Source: Streptosporangiaceae bacterium (GTDB lineage Bacteria; Actinomycetota; Actinomycetes; Streptosporangiales; Streptosporangiaceae). Taken from it: a DNA stretch of 64,000 nucleotides. This document shows, in pieces, positions 7,107 through 18,670 of this stretch. How positions within the stretch are numbered: position 1 is the first letter of the stretch; each line of letters starts with the position of its first letter. The DNA is taken from positions 210 to 64,209 of the forward strand of contig JBKQTJ010000129.1 in NCBI GenBank assembly GCA_052143255.1, given 5' to 3'. Under the pieces are notes generated by a model, which had not been told where the DNA came from, did not search any database, and saw only the letters and a list, made by a program, of their open reading frames with translations. A program made the translations under genes and the position numbers.

Positions 7107-8276
7107 TCAGCTGACCCCAGCGTCGCTCACAACGGAGCCGCCCGCGGGCTGCCGGGCCGCCAGCTTGGCCGCGACCTCCGCCTCCCATGCCTCGACCGCG
7201 CGGGAGGTGTCGATCTCGAACTCGTGCCGCGCGACCATATCGGCCGGGATGTCCTCGACATCCAGGTAAAACTGCTCGTACCAGCGGCGCAGCTGGTACA
7301 CCGGGCCATCCTCAGCGCACAGCAGCGGGTTGTCGATCCTGCTCTTGTGCGTCCAGATGTCCACGTCCTGCTGGAAGCCGAGACCGACGAACCTGGCAAA
7401 CTTGGCCGCCACCTTGTCCGCCTGCTCGGGCGACAGCCCCGGCAGCTTCTTGACGATCACGCCCCATTGCAGCACGAACCGCTCCGGCGTCACCGGGTAG
7501 TGGCAGTTGATCAGCACGGCGTCCATCGGCACGCCGTGGTAGTCATAGTTCAGGTAGTCGATCATGTAAGAAGGCCCGTAGTAGGCAGCCTCCGAGCGCA
7601 GCCCGATCGCGGTGCTCCCGTTGCTCACCTGGCCCGAGTCTGGCTCGTAGTCGGGCCGCGACCTGGTGTTCAGGTACTGCGAGGCGATGTGCCCTTCGAA
7701 GACGTTCCGGAAGTAGGTGGGGAACGCGTAGTGGATATAGAAGAAGTGGGCCATGTCCACGACGTTGTCCATGACCTCGCGGCAATTGGCGTCCACGCTC
7801 AGCGTGTCCCAGGTCCAGTTGGACCACTCGGCAGAGTGCGCGCCGTCAATGCGGGGGATGGTCACCTCGGCAGCGGGCTGGTTGCCCTGCGGGTCATGCC
7901 AGACGAACAACTGCCTGTTCTGCTCCAGCGTCAGCCACGACCTGGTCCGGGCTGTCGGCGGCACCCGGCGGGCATACGGGATCTTCGTGCACTTGCCGTC
8001 CGCGCCCCAGTGCCAGTCATGGAACGGGCAGGCGATCGAGTCGCCCTTGATCGTGCCACGGCTCAGGTCACCGCCCATGTGGCGGCAGTAGGCATCCAGC
8101 ACGTGCAGCTCGCCACGGCCGTCGGCGAAGACGACCAGCTTGGTGCCGAACGCCTCGATCGCGTGCGGCCCGGCGGCCCGGAACGACCCGGCCAGCCCCA
8201 GGCAGTGCCAGCCGCGGGCGAACCTGGTTGGCGGCGCGCCGGCGTCAATGCTCCGCACCCCGTTGCGGTCGTTCAT
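7107..8276 (-). CDS. kshA: 3-ketosteroid 9alpha-hydroxylase oxygenase component (Rieske)
   Basis: 389 aa with the Rieske motif CRHMGGDL...CPFHDWHW and the non-heme iron motif DNVVDMAHFFYIHY. Confidence 0.93.
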   Translation of the reverse strand: MNDRNGVRSIDAGAPPTRFARGWHCLGLAGSFRAAGPHAIEAFGTKLVVFADGRGELHVLDAYCRHMGGDLSRGTIKGDSIACPFHDWHWGADGKCTKIPYARRVPPTARTRSWLTLEQNRQLFVWHDPQGNQPAAEVTIPRIDGAHSAEWSNWTWDTLSVDANCREVMDNVVDMAHFFYIHYAFPTYFRNVFEGHIASQYLNTRSRPDYEPDSGQVSNGSTAIGLRSEAAYYGPSYMIDYLNYDYHGVPMDAVLINCHYPVTPERFVLQWGVIVKKLPGLSPEQADKVAAKFARFVGLGFQQDVDIWTHKSRIDNPLLCAEDGPVYQLRRWYEQFYLDVEDIPADMVARHEFEIDTSRAVEAWEAEVAAKLAARQPAGGSVVSDAGVS

Positions 8277-8316
8277 ACGCCCTCCCAGCAGGTCCGCAGC
8301 TCATCCCTGGCCGCTA

Positions 8317-8348
8317 CCCTAAGACTAGAACATGTTCTAGTCTTAGGG
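8317..8348. promoter_or_regulatory. 32-bp perfect palindrome containing a KstR operator (kshA / hsaA divergent promoter)
   Basis: ccctaagactagaaca|tgttctagtcttaggg is a perfect palindrome. Its core TAGAACATGTTCTA (8326-8339) fits TnnAACnnGTTnnA. Confidence 0.8.
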
Positions 8349-8406
8349 ACTAGTCTAAGCGGCATTGTGCGGCGGGCGGCAGTCCATATGAGCGGAGGGT
8401 GTCCCG

Positions 8407-11401
<2,995 letters not shown>

Positions 11402-11469
11402 GGAGGCCGACGGATTCGCAAGCAGGCGCACTGCCGCGGGCAGCCGGGCCGTCCGCGACACTTGATGCC

Positions 11470-12084
11470 GTGAACCAGGATCCGGCCGGTGAGTCGGCCG
11501 CGTACCTGTCCGGGCCGCCTCCATCCGGTCCCGCTGAGCAGCCGCCTGATACTCAGCGCTTCCGCCAGGTGCTCGGCCATTTCGCCACCGGCGTGACCGT
11601 GATCACCGGCATGGACCACGGTGACCCCGTCGGGTTCGCTTGCCAGGCATTCGCCGCGCTGTCCCTGGAGCCGCCGCTGGTGCTGTTCTGCCCGGCCCGC
11701 TCGTCATCGACGTGGCCTCGAATCGCCGCATCCGGTGAATTCTGCGCCAACATCCTGGCCGCGAACCAGCGCGACCTGGCCCGCCGGTTTGGGGTCAGCG
11801 CGGCGGACAAGTTCGCCGGGGTCGACTGGACGTCAGCGCCGAACGGCACGCCGGTCCTGCCCGGCGTGCTGACCTGGGCAGCGTGCGCCGTCGAGACCGT
11901 ACACGAGGCCGGCGACCACTACGTCGTGGTCGCCCGGGTCAGCGACCTCGGCGACTGCGTTGCCGGCGACCCGCTGCTGTTCTACCGCGGCCGGTTCACG
12001 CTCTCGGTTACCTCGGACGGCGACGCGCCGCCCGAAGTCGTCGACACGCTGCTCGCCTGGCCCCGTTTCGCCGACTGGATGTAG
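11470..12084 (+). CDS. hsaB: Flavin reductase component of 3-HSA hydroxylase
   Basis: Flavin reductase domain with FRQVLGHFATGVTVITG. The GTG at 11470 is the first start in frame after the hsaC stop, but the start remains uncertain. Confidence 0.8.
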   Translation: MNQDPAGESAAYLSGPPPSGPAEQPPDTQRFRQVLGHFATGVTVITGMDHGDPVGFACQAFAALSLEPPLVLFCPARSSSTWPRIAASGEFCANILAANQRDLARRFGVSAADKFAGVDWTSAPNGTPVLPGVLTWAACAVETVHEAGDHYVVVARVSDLGDCVAGDPLLFYRGRFTLSVTSDGDAPPEVVDTLLAWPRFADWM

Positions 12085-12117
12085 CGCAGTTGCCACGCTG
12101 CCGACCTGAAGATCATC

Positions 12118-12167
12118 CATGAAAGTGACGCAGGTATGGCTATAGGCATGGCTCCGTCACTTTCATG
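12118..12167. terminator. Perfect 13-bp inverted repeat between convergent hsaB and the kinase gene
   Basis: CATGAAAGTGACG (12118-12130) pairs with CGTCACTTTCATG (12155-12167) across a 24-nt spacer. The right arm contains the stop codon of the 12163-12720 gene. The sequence is AT-rich relative to the window. Confidence 0.5.
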
Positions 12168-12720
12168 AACGATCTTGTGAGCCAAGGCTCGCCAGCAGAT
12201 CCCGGTACGCCTGCTCGATGTCGCCCTCTCGCGCCTGGATGACTGCCATGGCGGGCCGGGCGTCAATCACCGCAAGCAGCTCGTCGTAGGTCTGCGCCAG
12301 CTCGGCGTCGGTTCTGTCAGCCGATACGGCCGGGTCCTTGCCGACGGCAGCTCCGGCGACGCGAGCCCGTTCCCGATATCGGGCCTGAAGGCTTGCCCTG
12401 TCACCGAGCAGGAAAACCTCGCAGAACCGGGCGGCACAGTCGCGAGCGGCCACCTCAAGTTGCTCGATGAAGGCCAGCCTGGCGACTAGCTGCGGAACCA
12501 CGACGTCATGGCCGCCGGCTAGATGCACGCTGGCGGCCGCGATGGCGACCTTCCTAGCGAGCAGCCCGGATTGCGGCAAGTTGCCACGCCATTGGCCCAG
12601 CATGCCGCGTATGCGGTCGATATCCAGGTTCAGCGTGAGCGGGTGCTCGTCGGCGTAGCGCTGCGCAAGCGTGGACTTGCCGGCGGCAGGCGGCCCATTG
12701 AGCAGGATCAAGCTCGGCAC
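12163..12720 (-). CDS. P-loop kinase / AAA_33-like ATPase
   Basis: 185 aa with Walker A LNGPPAAGKSTLA. Confidence 0.7.
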   Translation of the reverse strand: MPSLILLNGPPAAGKSTLAQRYADEHPLTLNLDIDRIRGMLGQWRGNLPQSGLLARKVAIAAASVHLAGGHDVVVPQLVARLAFIEQLEVAARDCAARFCEVFLLGDRASLQARYRERARVAGAAVGKDPAVSADRTDAELAQTYDELLAVIDARPAMAVIQAREGDIEQAYRDLLASLGSQDRS

Positions 12721-12837
12721 GCGGCGATCTTAGGGACTGCTTGAGCTGATGTTCAAGCCCGCGGCGACGCCATCGAGCACAACCCTGCGCGCCCTGGCGC
12801 AGCGAGCTTGTGGTGCCGTCCGGTAGAAACGACAAGC

Positions 12838-13389
12838 ATGACGGCGATCTATCTGCTCCGGCATGGCGAGGCCGACTACGAGCCAGTGCGCGCACGACAG
12901 TGGCCGGGCTCGATGGCGGATCTGGCGCCGCTGTCGCCAGCAGGCTACGAGCAAGCCACTGCTGCGGCCGAACGGCTTACGCAGGTAGCCGCGTCAGCGC
13001 TGGTCAGCTCGCCGTTCACGCGGACGATGCAGACCGCGAACATCGTGTCCTGCAGGCTGGGACTGCGCCTCGGGGTCGAGTTTGACCTGCACGAGTGGGT
13101 CCCGGACGACAGCTTTCGGTGGCACGCGCACGCCGAGGTCCGGGCCTTTCTCGCCGACTTTGACAGCTGCGGCGGGGAGTGGCCGGCCGGTCAGCGTCGG
13201 CCCTGGGAGCCGCTTGCCTCGGTACGCGCCCGCGCCTCCGCCGCCCTGCGCGACGCGACGCGCCGCATGCCGGATGACGGTGCGCTGATCGCGGTGTGCC
13301 ACGAGATGGTGATCAGGTCGCTCACTGGCGAGCCGACGACCGGCACCGGTCAGTTCCGCCGCATCGAGTCTGATCAGCTCCGCAGCTGA
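12838..13389 (+). CDS. Histidine phosphatase family protein
   Basis: RHG motif in MTAIYLLRHGEADYE. I chose the ATG at 12838 within ORF 12808-13389. Confidence 0.75.
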   Translation: MTAIYLLRHGEADYEPVRARQWPGSMADLAPLSPAGYEQATAAAERLTQVAASALVSSPFTRTMQTANIVSCRLGLRLGVEFDLHEWVPDDSFRWHAHAEVRAFLADFDSCGGEWPAGQRRPWEPLASVRARASAALRDATRRMPDDGALIAVCHEMVIRSLTGEPTTGTGQFRRIESDQLRS

Positions 13390-13428
13390 CCGGCCGCGCA
13401 ACCGGACGAACTCGCAAAGCAGCGGCGG

Positions 13429-14052
13429 TCAGCCGAGCAGGGAATCAATAGCCAAGATCGACTCCGCCGCGCCGGCATACAGCAGGCCGTGGATGCCGAG
13501 CCGGCGGGCCGCGGCCACGTTCGGGGCTCGGTTGTCGAGGAATACCAGCTCGTCGGCGGCGACGCCGAGTTGCTCGCAGAGCGCCTGGTAGGCCCGCGGG
13601 TCGGGCTTAGCCACGCCAATCTCGTGCGAGTAAACCACGACGTCAACAAGCTGCTCGAGCCCGAACCGGGCCTGTTCCTCCCGGCGGGCACCGTCGATGG
13701 AGTTGCTGAGGATGCCGGTGCGGTAATGCGGCCGCAGCCCGGCCACGTAACTGGCCAGCTCGGCGTCTAGCTCCCCGCAGTACCAGTCCCACAGATCGGC
13801 CATGAACTCGCCGGCCCGGGCCGGCGTCAGGCCCAACGCAGCCGTGTACTGCTCGCGGAGTCCGGTCTCGGTTATGCGGCCTGTCTTCGCGGCCCCATCG
13901 GGATCGGCGCGGGTCAGCGGCCACATCAGGACGGCGTGGAAATCCTCCTCCGTCATGCCGAGGCGGCGTCGCCAGTCGTCGAGGAAATCCCCCGGCTCGT
14001 CGACCCGCTCCAGTACCCCGCCGAGGTCGACCGCGACGGCACGTATCCTCAT
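13429..14052 (-). CDS. HAD-superfamily hydrolase
   Basis: 207 aa with motif I AVAVDLGGVL and a LSNS...K...D pattern. Confidence 0.75.
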   Translation of the reverse strand: MRIRAVAVDLGGVLERVDEPGDFLDDWRRRLGMTEEDFHAVLMWPLTRADPDGAAKTGRITETGLREQYTAALGLTPARAGEFMADLWDWYCGELDAELASYVAGLRPHYRTGILSNSIDGARREEQARFGLEQLVDVVVYSHEIGVAKPDPRAYQALCEQLGVAADELVFLDNRAPNVAAARRLGIHGLLYAGAAESILAIDSLLG

Positions 14053-14070
14053 GCCTGGAGAGCGTAGCCG

Positions 14071-15219
14071 TCAGTTTGGCGGCGGCACCGTTACCGTGTT
14101 GCTCACAGCCGCGGCATGCCGGACCGTTGCCAGCAGGCGGACGCGCAGCACCCGGTTCTGCAGCTTTGCTGCACTGACCGAGAAGCGTGCCTGGCCGTTC
14201 GCGTTCAGGGTCCGTCCGCGCACGTCGACCCAGGCGCCCGTGCTGGACTCGATCTGCAGCACCACGATGTTGCCGCGCCGTGCGTACTGCGTACTGACCA
14301 CGAGGGCATCGCGGAGCCCGCTGGTGCCTGGATCGAGCACGACCGAGATCGCCGGGCGCACCGTTACCCGGACGATCGCGCTGCTGGCGCCGTCGGGACC
14401 GGTGAGCCGGAACGCGGTGTTGGTAGTGATCGCGGGACTGGTGACTGAGACATCACCGGCGGCGTTCGTGACCCCGGTTCCGGCCACCTGCCAGGCCTCA
14501 TGCCGGGACTGGCGGTCGAGAAGGGTGATTGTCGCACCGGCCAGGCCGTTGCCCGCCTTGGTCAGCTGGCCGTCGATGACGGCGGCTGACCCGGCGTTGA
14601 TCGGGCTGCTGAGCCGGCTGGCGGTTAGCTGCAACGGCCCCGCGGCGACCGACCGTGACGGCGAGGCGGATGGGGCCGGGGTCGGGGAGGCGGACGGGGC
14701 GGCGGACCTGGCGGTGGTCGGCCGCGGGCTGGCCGGCGCCCTTCGCGACGGCGCCGGCTTGGTTGAGCCTGGCGAGCTCGACTGACCTCCGGCCGGACTG
14801 GATGAGTGCTGGACTGGCGGCCGCCGCCGGGGCTGCGTGTGGTGGGCGTCCGGAACGTCGGCGAAGCTCAGCGCCACGTGAGCCAGGTGCTGCACCGGCG
14901 CGGGCAGCACGTTGGCGTAGGCTGCCGCGGTCAGTCCGCCAGCGAGTGTCAGCGCGGTCGCGCCCGCCACCCGGAGCGTCCAGCGGGCCGATATCCGGGC
15001 GGCCCGGCCAGCAGGCCTGGTGGTCCGGCCAGCCTTACCGGCGGCCCCGCCCCGCAGCCAGGACGGGCCGGCGGACGCGCGGCTGTTATCCCGGAACATG
15101 GCAAGGGCAGCCTGCTCACCAGCTAGCTCGCCGCTATCCGGGTTAGCCGTCAGCAGCTCGATGAGCTGGTCAAGCCCTGGATCGAGCGGACCGAGCTCGC
15201 CTTGCAGGTCGGAGTTCAT
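14071..15219 (-). CDS. Anti-sigma factor-like membrane protein with two C-terminal Ig-like/beta-sandwich repeats
   Basis: 382 aa. Its ATG shares one nt with the sigma stop (TGATG). It has a single TM segment WTLRVAGATALTLAGGLTAAAYA, a Pro/Ser/Ala linker, then two roughly 95-aa repeats. Confidence 0.65.
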   Translation of the reverse strand: MNSDLQGELGPLDPGLDQLIELLTANPDSGELAGEQAALAMFRDNSRASAGPSWLRGGAAGKAGRTTRPAGRAARISARWTLRVAGATALTLAGGLTAAAYANVLPAPVQHLAHVALSFADVPDAHHTQPRRRPPVQHSSSPAGGQSSSPGSTKPAPSRRAPASPRPTTARSAAPSASPTPAPSASPSRSVAAGPLQLTASRLSSPINAGSAAVIDGQLTKAGNGLAGATITLLDRQSRHEAWQVAGTGVTNAAGDVSVTSPAITTNTAFRLTGPDGASSAIVRVTVRPAISVVLDPGTSGLRDALVVSTQYARRGNIVVLQIESSTGAWVDVRGRTLNANGQARFSVSAAKLQNRVLRVRLLATVRHAAAVSNTVTVPPPN

Positions 15220-15866
15220 CAGTCCACCTCCTCCAGCGTCCGGAACGGCTGAGTTCCCGGCGTGTTGCCGGGCTTCGGCGCACCTGGGTACACATTGACG
15301 CCGGACGGCCTGGCCGCCAGGGCGCGAACTGCAGGATCGCCAGCCAGCGCCTTCAGGCCGCGATGAAGCGCGATGCGCACCGCACCGGCCGACTTGCCAA
15401 GGATCCTCGCCACATCCGGTGTCTGCAGCCCTGCGATGACCCGCAGCGCAACGGCCTCGGCCTGGTCCGGGGAAAGCCTGGCGAGCAGCGCGATCGCGCC
15501 CTGGACCGAGATGCCGTCCAGCACCTGGTCTTCGACGAGCTGCACGTCAGCGAGGATGTCAAGCCCGACAGCCGGCTGCGTGACCGGCCGCCGGGCACGG
15601 GCCCGGGCCGCGTCGATGGCGCGGTTGCGCCCGATGGTAAACAGCCAGCGCCTGAACTCGTCCTGACCGCCGGCGAACTTGTGCAGGTCCCGGACAACCT
15701 GAAGCCAGGTTTCGCTAGCCACGTCGTCCGGGTCATCACAGCCGACGACGCGCAGGAATCGCAGCAGCCGCGGCTGAAAGGTCCGCCACAGCTCAAGGAA
15801 GCCGGCCTCGTCACCTGCGCATGCCCTGGCCAGGGCATCGTCCAGCACACCAGTCTCACTCGCCAT
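15219..15866 (-). CDS. ECF-type RNA polymerase sigma factor
   Basis: 215 aa with region 2 ETWLQVVRDLHKF...RWLFTIGRNRAIDA and the region 4 HTH DVARILGKSAGAVRIALHRGLKAL. Confidence 0.85.
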   Translation of the reverse strand: MASETGVLDDALARACAGDEAGFLELWRTFQPRLLRFLRVVGCDDPDDVASETWLQVVRDLHKFAGGQDEFRRWLFTIGRNRAIDAARARARRPVTQPAVGLDILADVQLVEDQVLDGISVQGAIALLARLSPDQAEAVALRVIAGLQTPDVARILGKSAGAVRIALHRGLKALAGDPAVRALAARPSGVNVYPGAPKPGNTPGTQPFRTLEEVD

Positions 15867-15952
15867 TTCGCCAGTAAGGGTCGCATACCGGCGGGCATGC
15901 CCGGGACATTTCGGCCACAGGGCTGCCCGCCGGCGCGCGAACCAAGCCGGTG

Positions 15953-16384
15953 CTAGGAGGCAGTGGCGGGGCTGATCGTGTCGACAGCGCTCACGGACTT
16001 GGCGAAGTTGCGGTTGCCGCGGAACAGCAGCCGGAAGCTGACAGCGCTCTTGCGCAGGTGCACCCGGAACGCGACGAAGCCATGGCGGCCGGTGCGCTCA
16101 GCCTTGACCGCGAACCAGTGACCCTTCGGGCCCTGGCGCTGCAGCAGCACCCAGGCGCCGCGAACCGGGGAGGTCTGCGTGCTGACGGCAGTCAGCTGGC
16201 CCTTCACGATGGCGGTGGTCTGGTGCCGGTGCGCCTTCGGGGTTGTGTTGCTGATCGACAAGGCAGTGGTGACCTTCGCAGGCGCGGCGGCGGCGTTCGC
16301 GGCCGTGGCCGCACCCGTCACGGCGATCGCGGCAGCGGCCACAGCCGCGCCAAAACGGGCCGCCAGGTGGCTGGATACTCGCAT
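15953..16384 (-). CDS. Small secreted protein carrying the same beta-sandwich repeat as the anti-sigma C-terminus
   Basis: 143 aa with an AAGGAGA RBS and signal peptide MRVSSHLAARFGAAVAAAAIAVTGAATAANA. It shares a GQLT...LL.RQ...W...FRL pattern with residues in 14071-15219. Confidence 0.6.
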   Translation of the reverse strand: MRVSSHLAARFGAAVAAAAIAVTGAATAANAAAAPAKVTTALSISNTTPKAHRHQTTAIVKGQLTAVSTQTSPVRGAWVLLQRQGPKGHWFAVKAERTGRHGFVAFRVHLRKSAVSFRLLFRGNRNFAKSVSAVDTISPATAS

Positions 16385-16502
16385 TGTTCTCCTTCAGACA
16401 GGGCCTCGCTCGGGCAGAGGCCGGCAACACCGGGTTGAGCGATGCCGCACCCGGGTGCGTTACTCAGCCTGGTGTGAGCTATGTCACAGTTGCCGCGCAC
16501 AC

Positions 16503-17636
16503 CTAGCCGTCGACGACCGCCGCGGCGATCCTGGCCACGTGCTCAGCGGGCGTGCCAAGCAGCATGGCCGCGCTGTGCGCACGCTTGAAATACCGGTGCG
16601 CCTGGTGCTCCCAGGTCATGCCGATGGCCCCGTGCAGCTGGATCATCTCGGCGCTGACCTGCTGCAGCACCTCAGAGCAGTAAGCCTTCGCGGTAGCGGC
16701 GCGCAACGGCAGGTCCGCCGCGCCCATAGCGGCGGCCTCGGCCGCCGCGTACGACACCGACCTGGCCGACTGGACGCGCACGTACAGATCGGCCATCCGG
16801 TGCTGCAGCGCCTGGAAAGACGCGATCGGGCGCCCGAACTGCACCCGGTCCTTGGTGTAAGCAACGGTAAGTGCCAGGGCCCGAGCGGCCGCACCGACCT
16901 GTTCGGCGCTGAGCGCGACGCACCCGAGGTCGCGGATCTGGCCGAGCTGCGCGCGATCGCCGATGCGCGCGCCCGGGGCGCGGTCGAAGCGCAGCACAGC
17001 CAGCCGCCGCGTGTCGTCCATCGTGGTGCTCGGGGTGCATGTCACCGATGGCTGGCCCGGCTGCACCTCGAACAGGCCGATTCCGCCGTCGGGCATCCGG
17101 GCGGGAACGAGGTTCACTGCGGCCTGGCCGCCATCCAGCACGTAATGCGCCTCACCGCTGATCTGCCAGCCTCCGGCAGCGGCGCGCCCGGCAGACTGCG
17201 CGCGGCAGGCTACCTCGGCCGGGTGCCAGTTCCCGGCGGCTGTGGTCCAGGCCAGCGCGGCGATAGCGGTGCCGCTGGCCAGGGCAGGCAGCAGCCGGGC
17301 GCAGGCCGCCTGGTCATCGGTAGTCAGCAGGGCCTGGGTGCTGAGTACAGCGGAACCGAGCATTGGCGACGCGGTTAGCGCACGGCCGAGTTCCTCCATG
17401 ACGATGTGCACTTCAACGGGACCAGCCCCGGACCCGCCGTAACGCTCTGGGATGGCCAGCCCGGCGACACCGATCTCGCCGCACATGCGCTGCCAGAGGC
17501 GCTGCTCTGGGAGCGCGTCACGGGCCGTGCGCGGTTCCGCCGTCGCTGCGCCTGGCGATACGGCCGCCGGGTCACAGCGGTCGAGCAGGCCGCGAACGGC
17601 GGCTCGCAGCTCCTCCTGCTCGCTGGTGCTCCTCAT
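16503..17636 (-). CDS. Acyl-CoA dehydrogenase family protein (steroid cluster)
   Basis: 377 aa with an ACAD fold (GIGMTWEH, QFGRPIASFQALQH). It shares a 4-nt overlap with the upstream ACAD, suggesting a heteromeric pair. Confidence 0.8.
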   Translation of the reverse strand: MRSTSEQEELRAAVRGLLDRCDPAAVSPGAATAEPRTARDALPEQRLWQRMCGEIGVAGLAIPERYGGSGAGPVEVHIVMEELGRALTASPMLGSAVLSTQALLTTDDQAACARLLPALASGTAIAALAWTTAAGNWHPAEVACRAQSAGRAAAGGWQISGEAHYVLDGGQAAVNLVPARMPDGGIGLFEVQPGQPSVTCTPSTTMDDTRRLAVLRFDRAPGARIGDRAQLGQIRDLGCVALSAEQVGAAARALALTVAYTKDRVQFGRPIASFQALQHRMADLYVRVQSARSVSYAAAEAAAMGAADLPLRAATAKAYCSEVLQQVSAEMIQLHGAIGMTWEHQAHRYFKRAHSAAMLLGTPAEHVARIAAAVVDG

Positions 17637-18670
17637 CCCGCACCGCCATCCCGGCCGGCGGCCGGGCGCCCAGTCAGGGCCGCCAGGACGCGCGCGCGGT
17701 GGTGGGCCTGCGTACCCCAGGCCGCCCGGAGCGCCTGCACCTTAGTCAGCCACAACCCGGTGTCGGCCTCGGCGGTGTAGCCGATGGCACCGTGTACCTG
17801 CAGCGCGACCCGGCCGGCCCGGTACGCGGCATCGCCGCAGGCGATCTTGGCCGCGGACACGTCGCGCCGGGCCGACGGGGACCCCGACGCCAGGACGACG
17901 GCCGCCGCGTACAACAGCGGCCGGGCGAACTCTAGCTTGATGAGCGCGTCCGCTAGCTGGTGCTGCACTGCCTGGAATGAGCCCACCGGCTGACCGAACT
18001 GAACCCGCTGCCGCGCGTGGGCCGCTCCGCCCTCGAGCAGCGCCTGGCCGGCCCCGAGAAGCTGCGCGGCGCAGGCCAGCGTCCCGTAATCCAGCGCTGC
18101 GGCCACGGCCGGGCCGAGGTCGGGCCCCTGAGCCAAGGGCCGGGTAGCGGTCACCTCGGACAGTGTCCTGGCCGCGTCCACCGAGCGCTGCGGCAGCGCG
18201 GGCGCACCGATCCAGACGCCAGCGGAATCGGCCAGCAAGACCAGGCCCGCTGCCTCGGCGTCGGCCGCGTACGGCACAACTGGCGGCGCCGCCACCGTCA
18301 CGATCAAGTCACCGGCTGCCAGCCGGCCGAGCCAGCTCTGCAGTTCCAGGGAACCGGGATGGCCGATCAGCGCGCCGAGCAGCGCTGGCGCGGCGGCCAG
18401 CGACTCGGCGATCGGTCCGGGAATCGCGTGGTGGCCAGCCTCCTCGCAGGCGATGACCAGGTCAACCGGGGCGGCGCCCTGCCCGCCGGACTCAGCTGGC
18501 ACGGCCAGGGCCGTGACCCCGGCATCGGCGAGGGCGCGCCAGATCTTCAGGCCGGGCTCGCGGTTACCCGCCGCCCAGGCCCGGGCTGCCGCCGGACCGT
18601 CGGCGGCAGCCAGCATCTCATGCAGGCTGGCAGCGAACTGCCGCTGCTCACCGGCCAGGGTGAAGTCCAT
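17633..18670 (-). CDS. Acyl-CoA dehydrogenase family protein (probable partner subunit)
   Basis: 345 aa containing QFGQPVGSFQAVQH. It is overlap-coupled on both sides. Confidence 0.8.
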   Translation of the reverse strand: MDFTLAGEQRQFAASLHEMLAAADGPAAARAWAAGNREPGLKIWRALADAGVTALAVPAESGGQGAAPVDLVIACEEAGHHAIPGPIAESLAAAPALLGALIGHPGSLELQSWLGRLAAGDLIVTVAAPPVVPYAADAEAAGLVLLADSAGVWIGAPALPQRSVDAARTLSEVTATRPLAQGPDLGPAVAAALDYGTLACAAQLLGAGQALLEGGAAHARQRVQFGQPVGSFQAVQHQLADALIKLEFARPLLYAAAVVLASGSPSARRDVSAAKIACGDAAYRAGRVALQVHGAIGYTAEADTGLWLTKVQALRAAWGTQAHHRARVLAALTGRPAAGRDGGAG

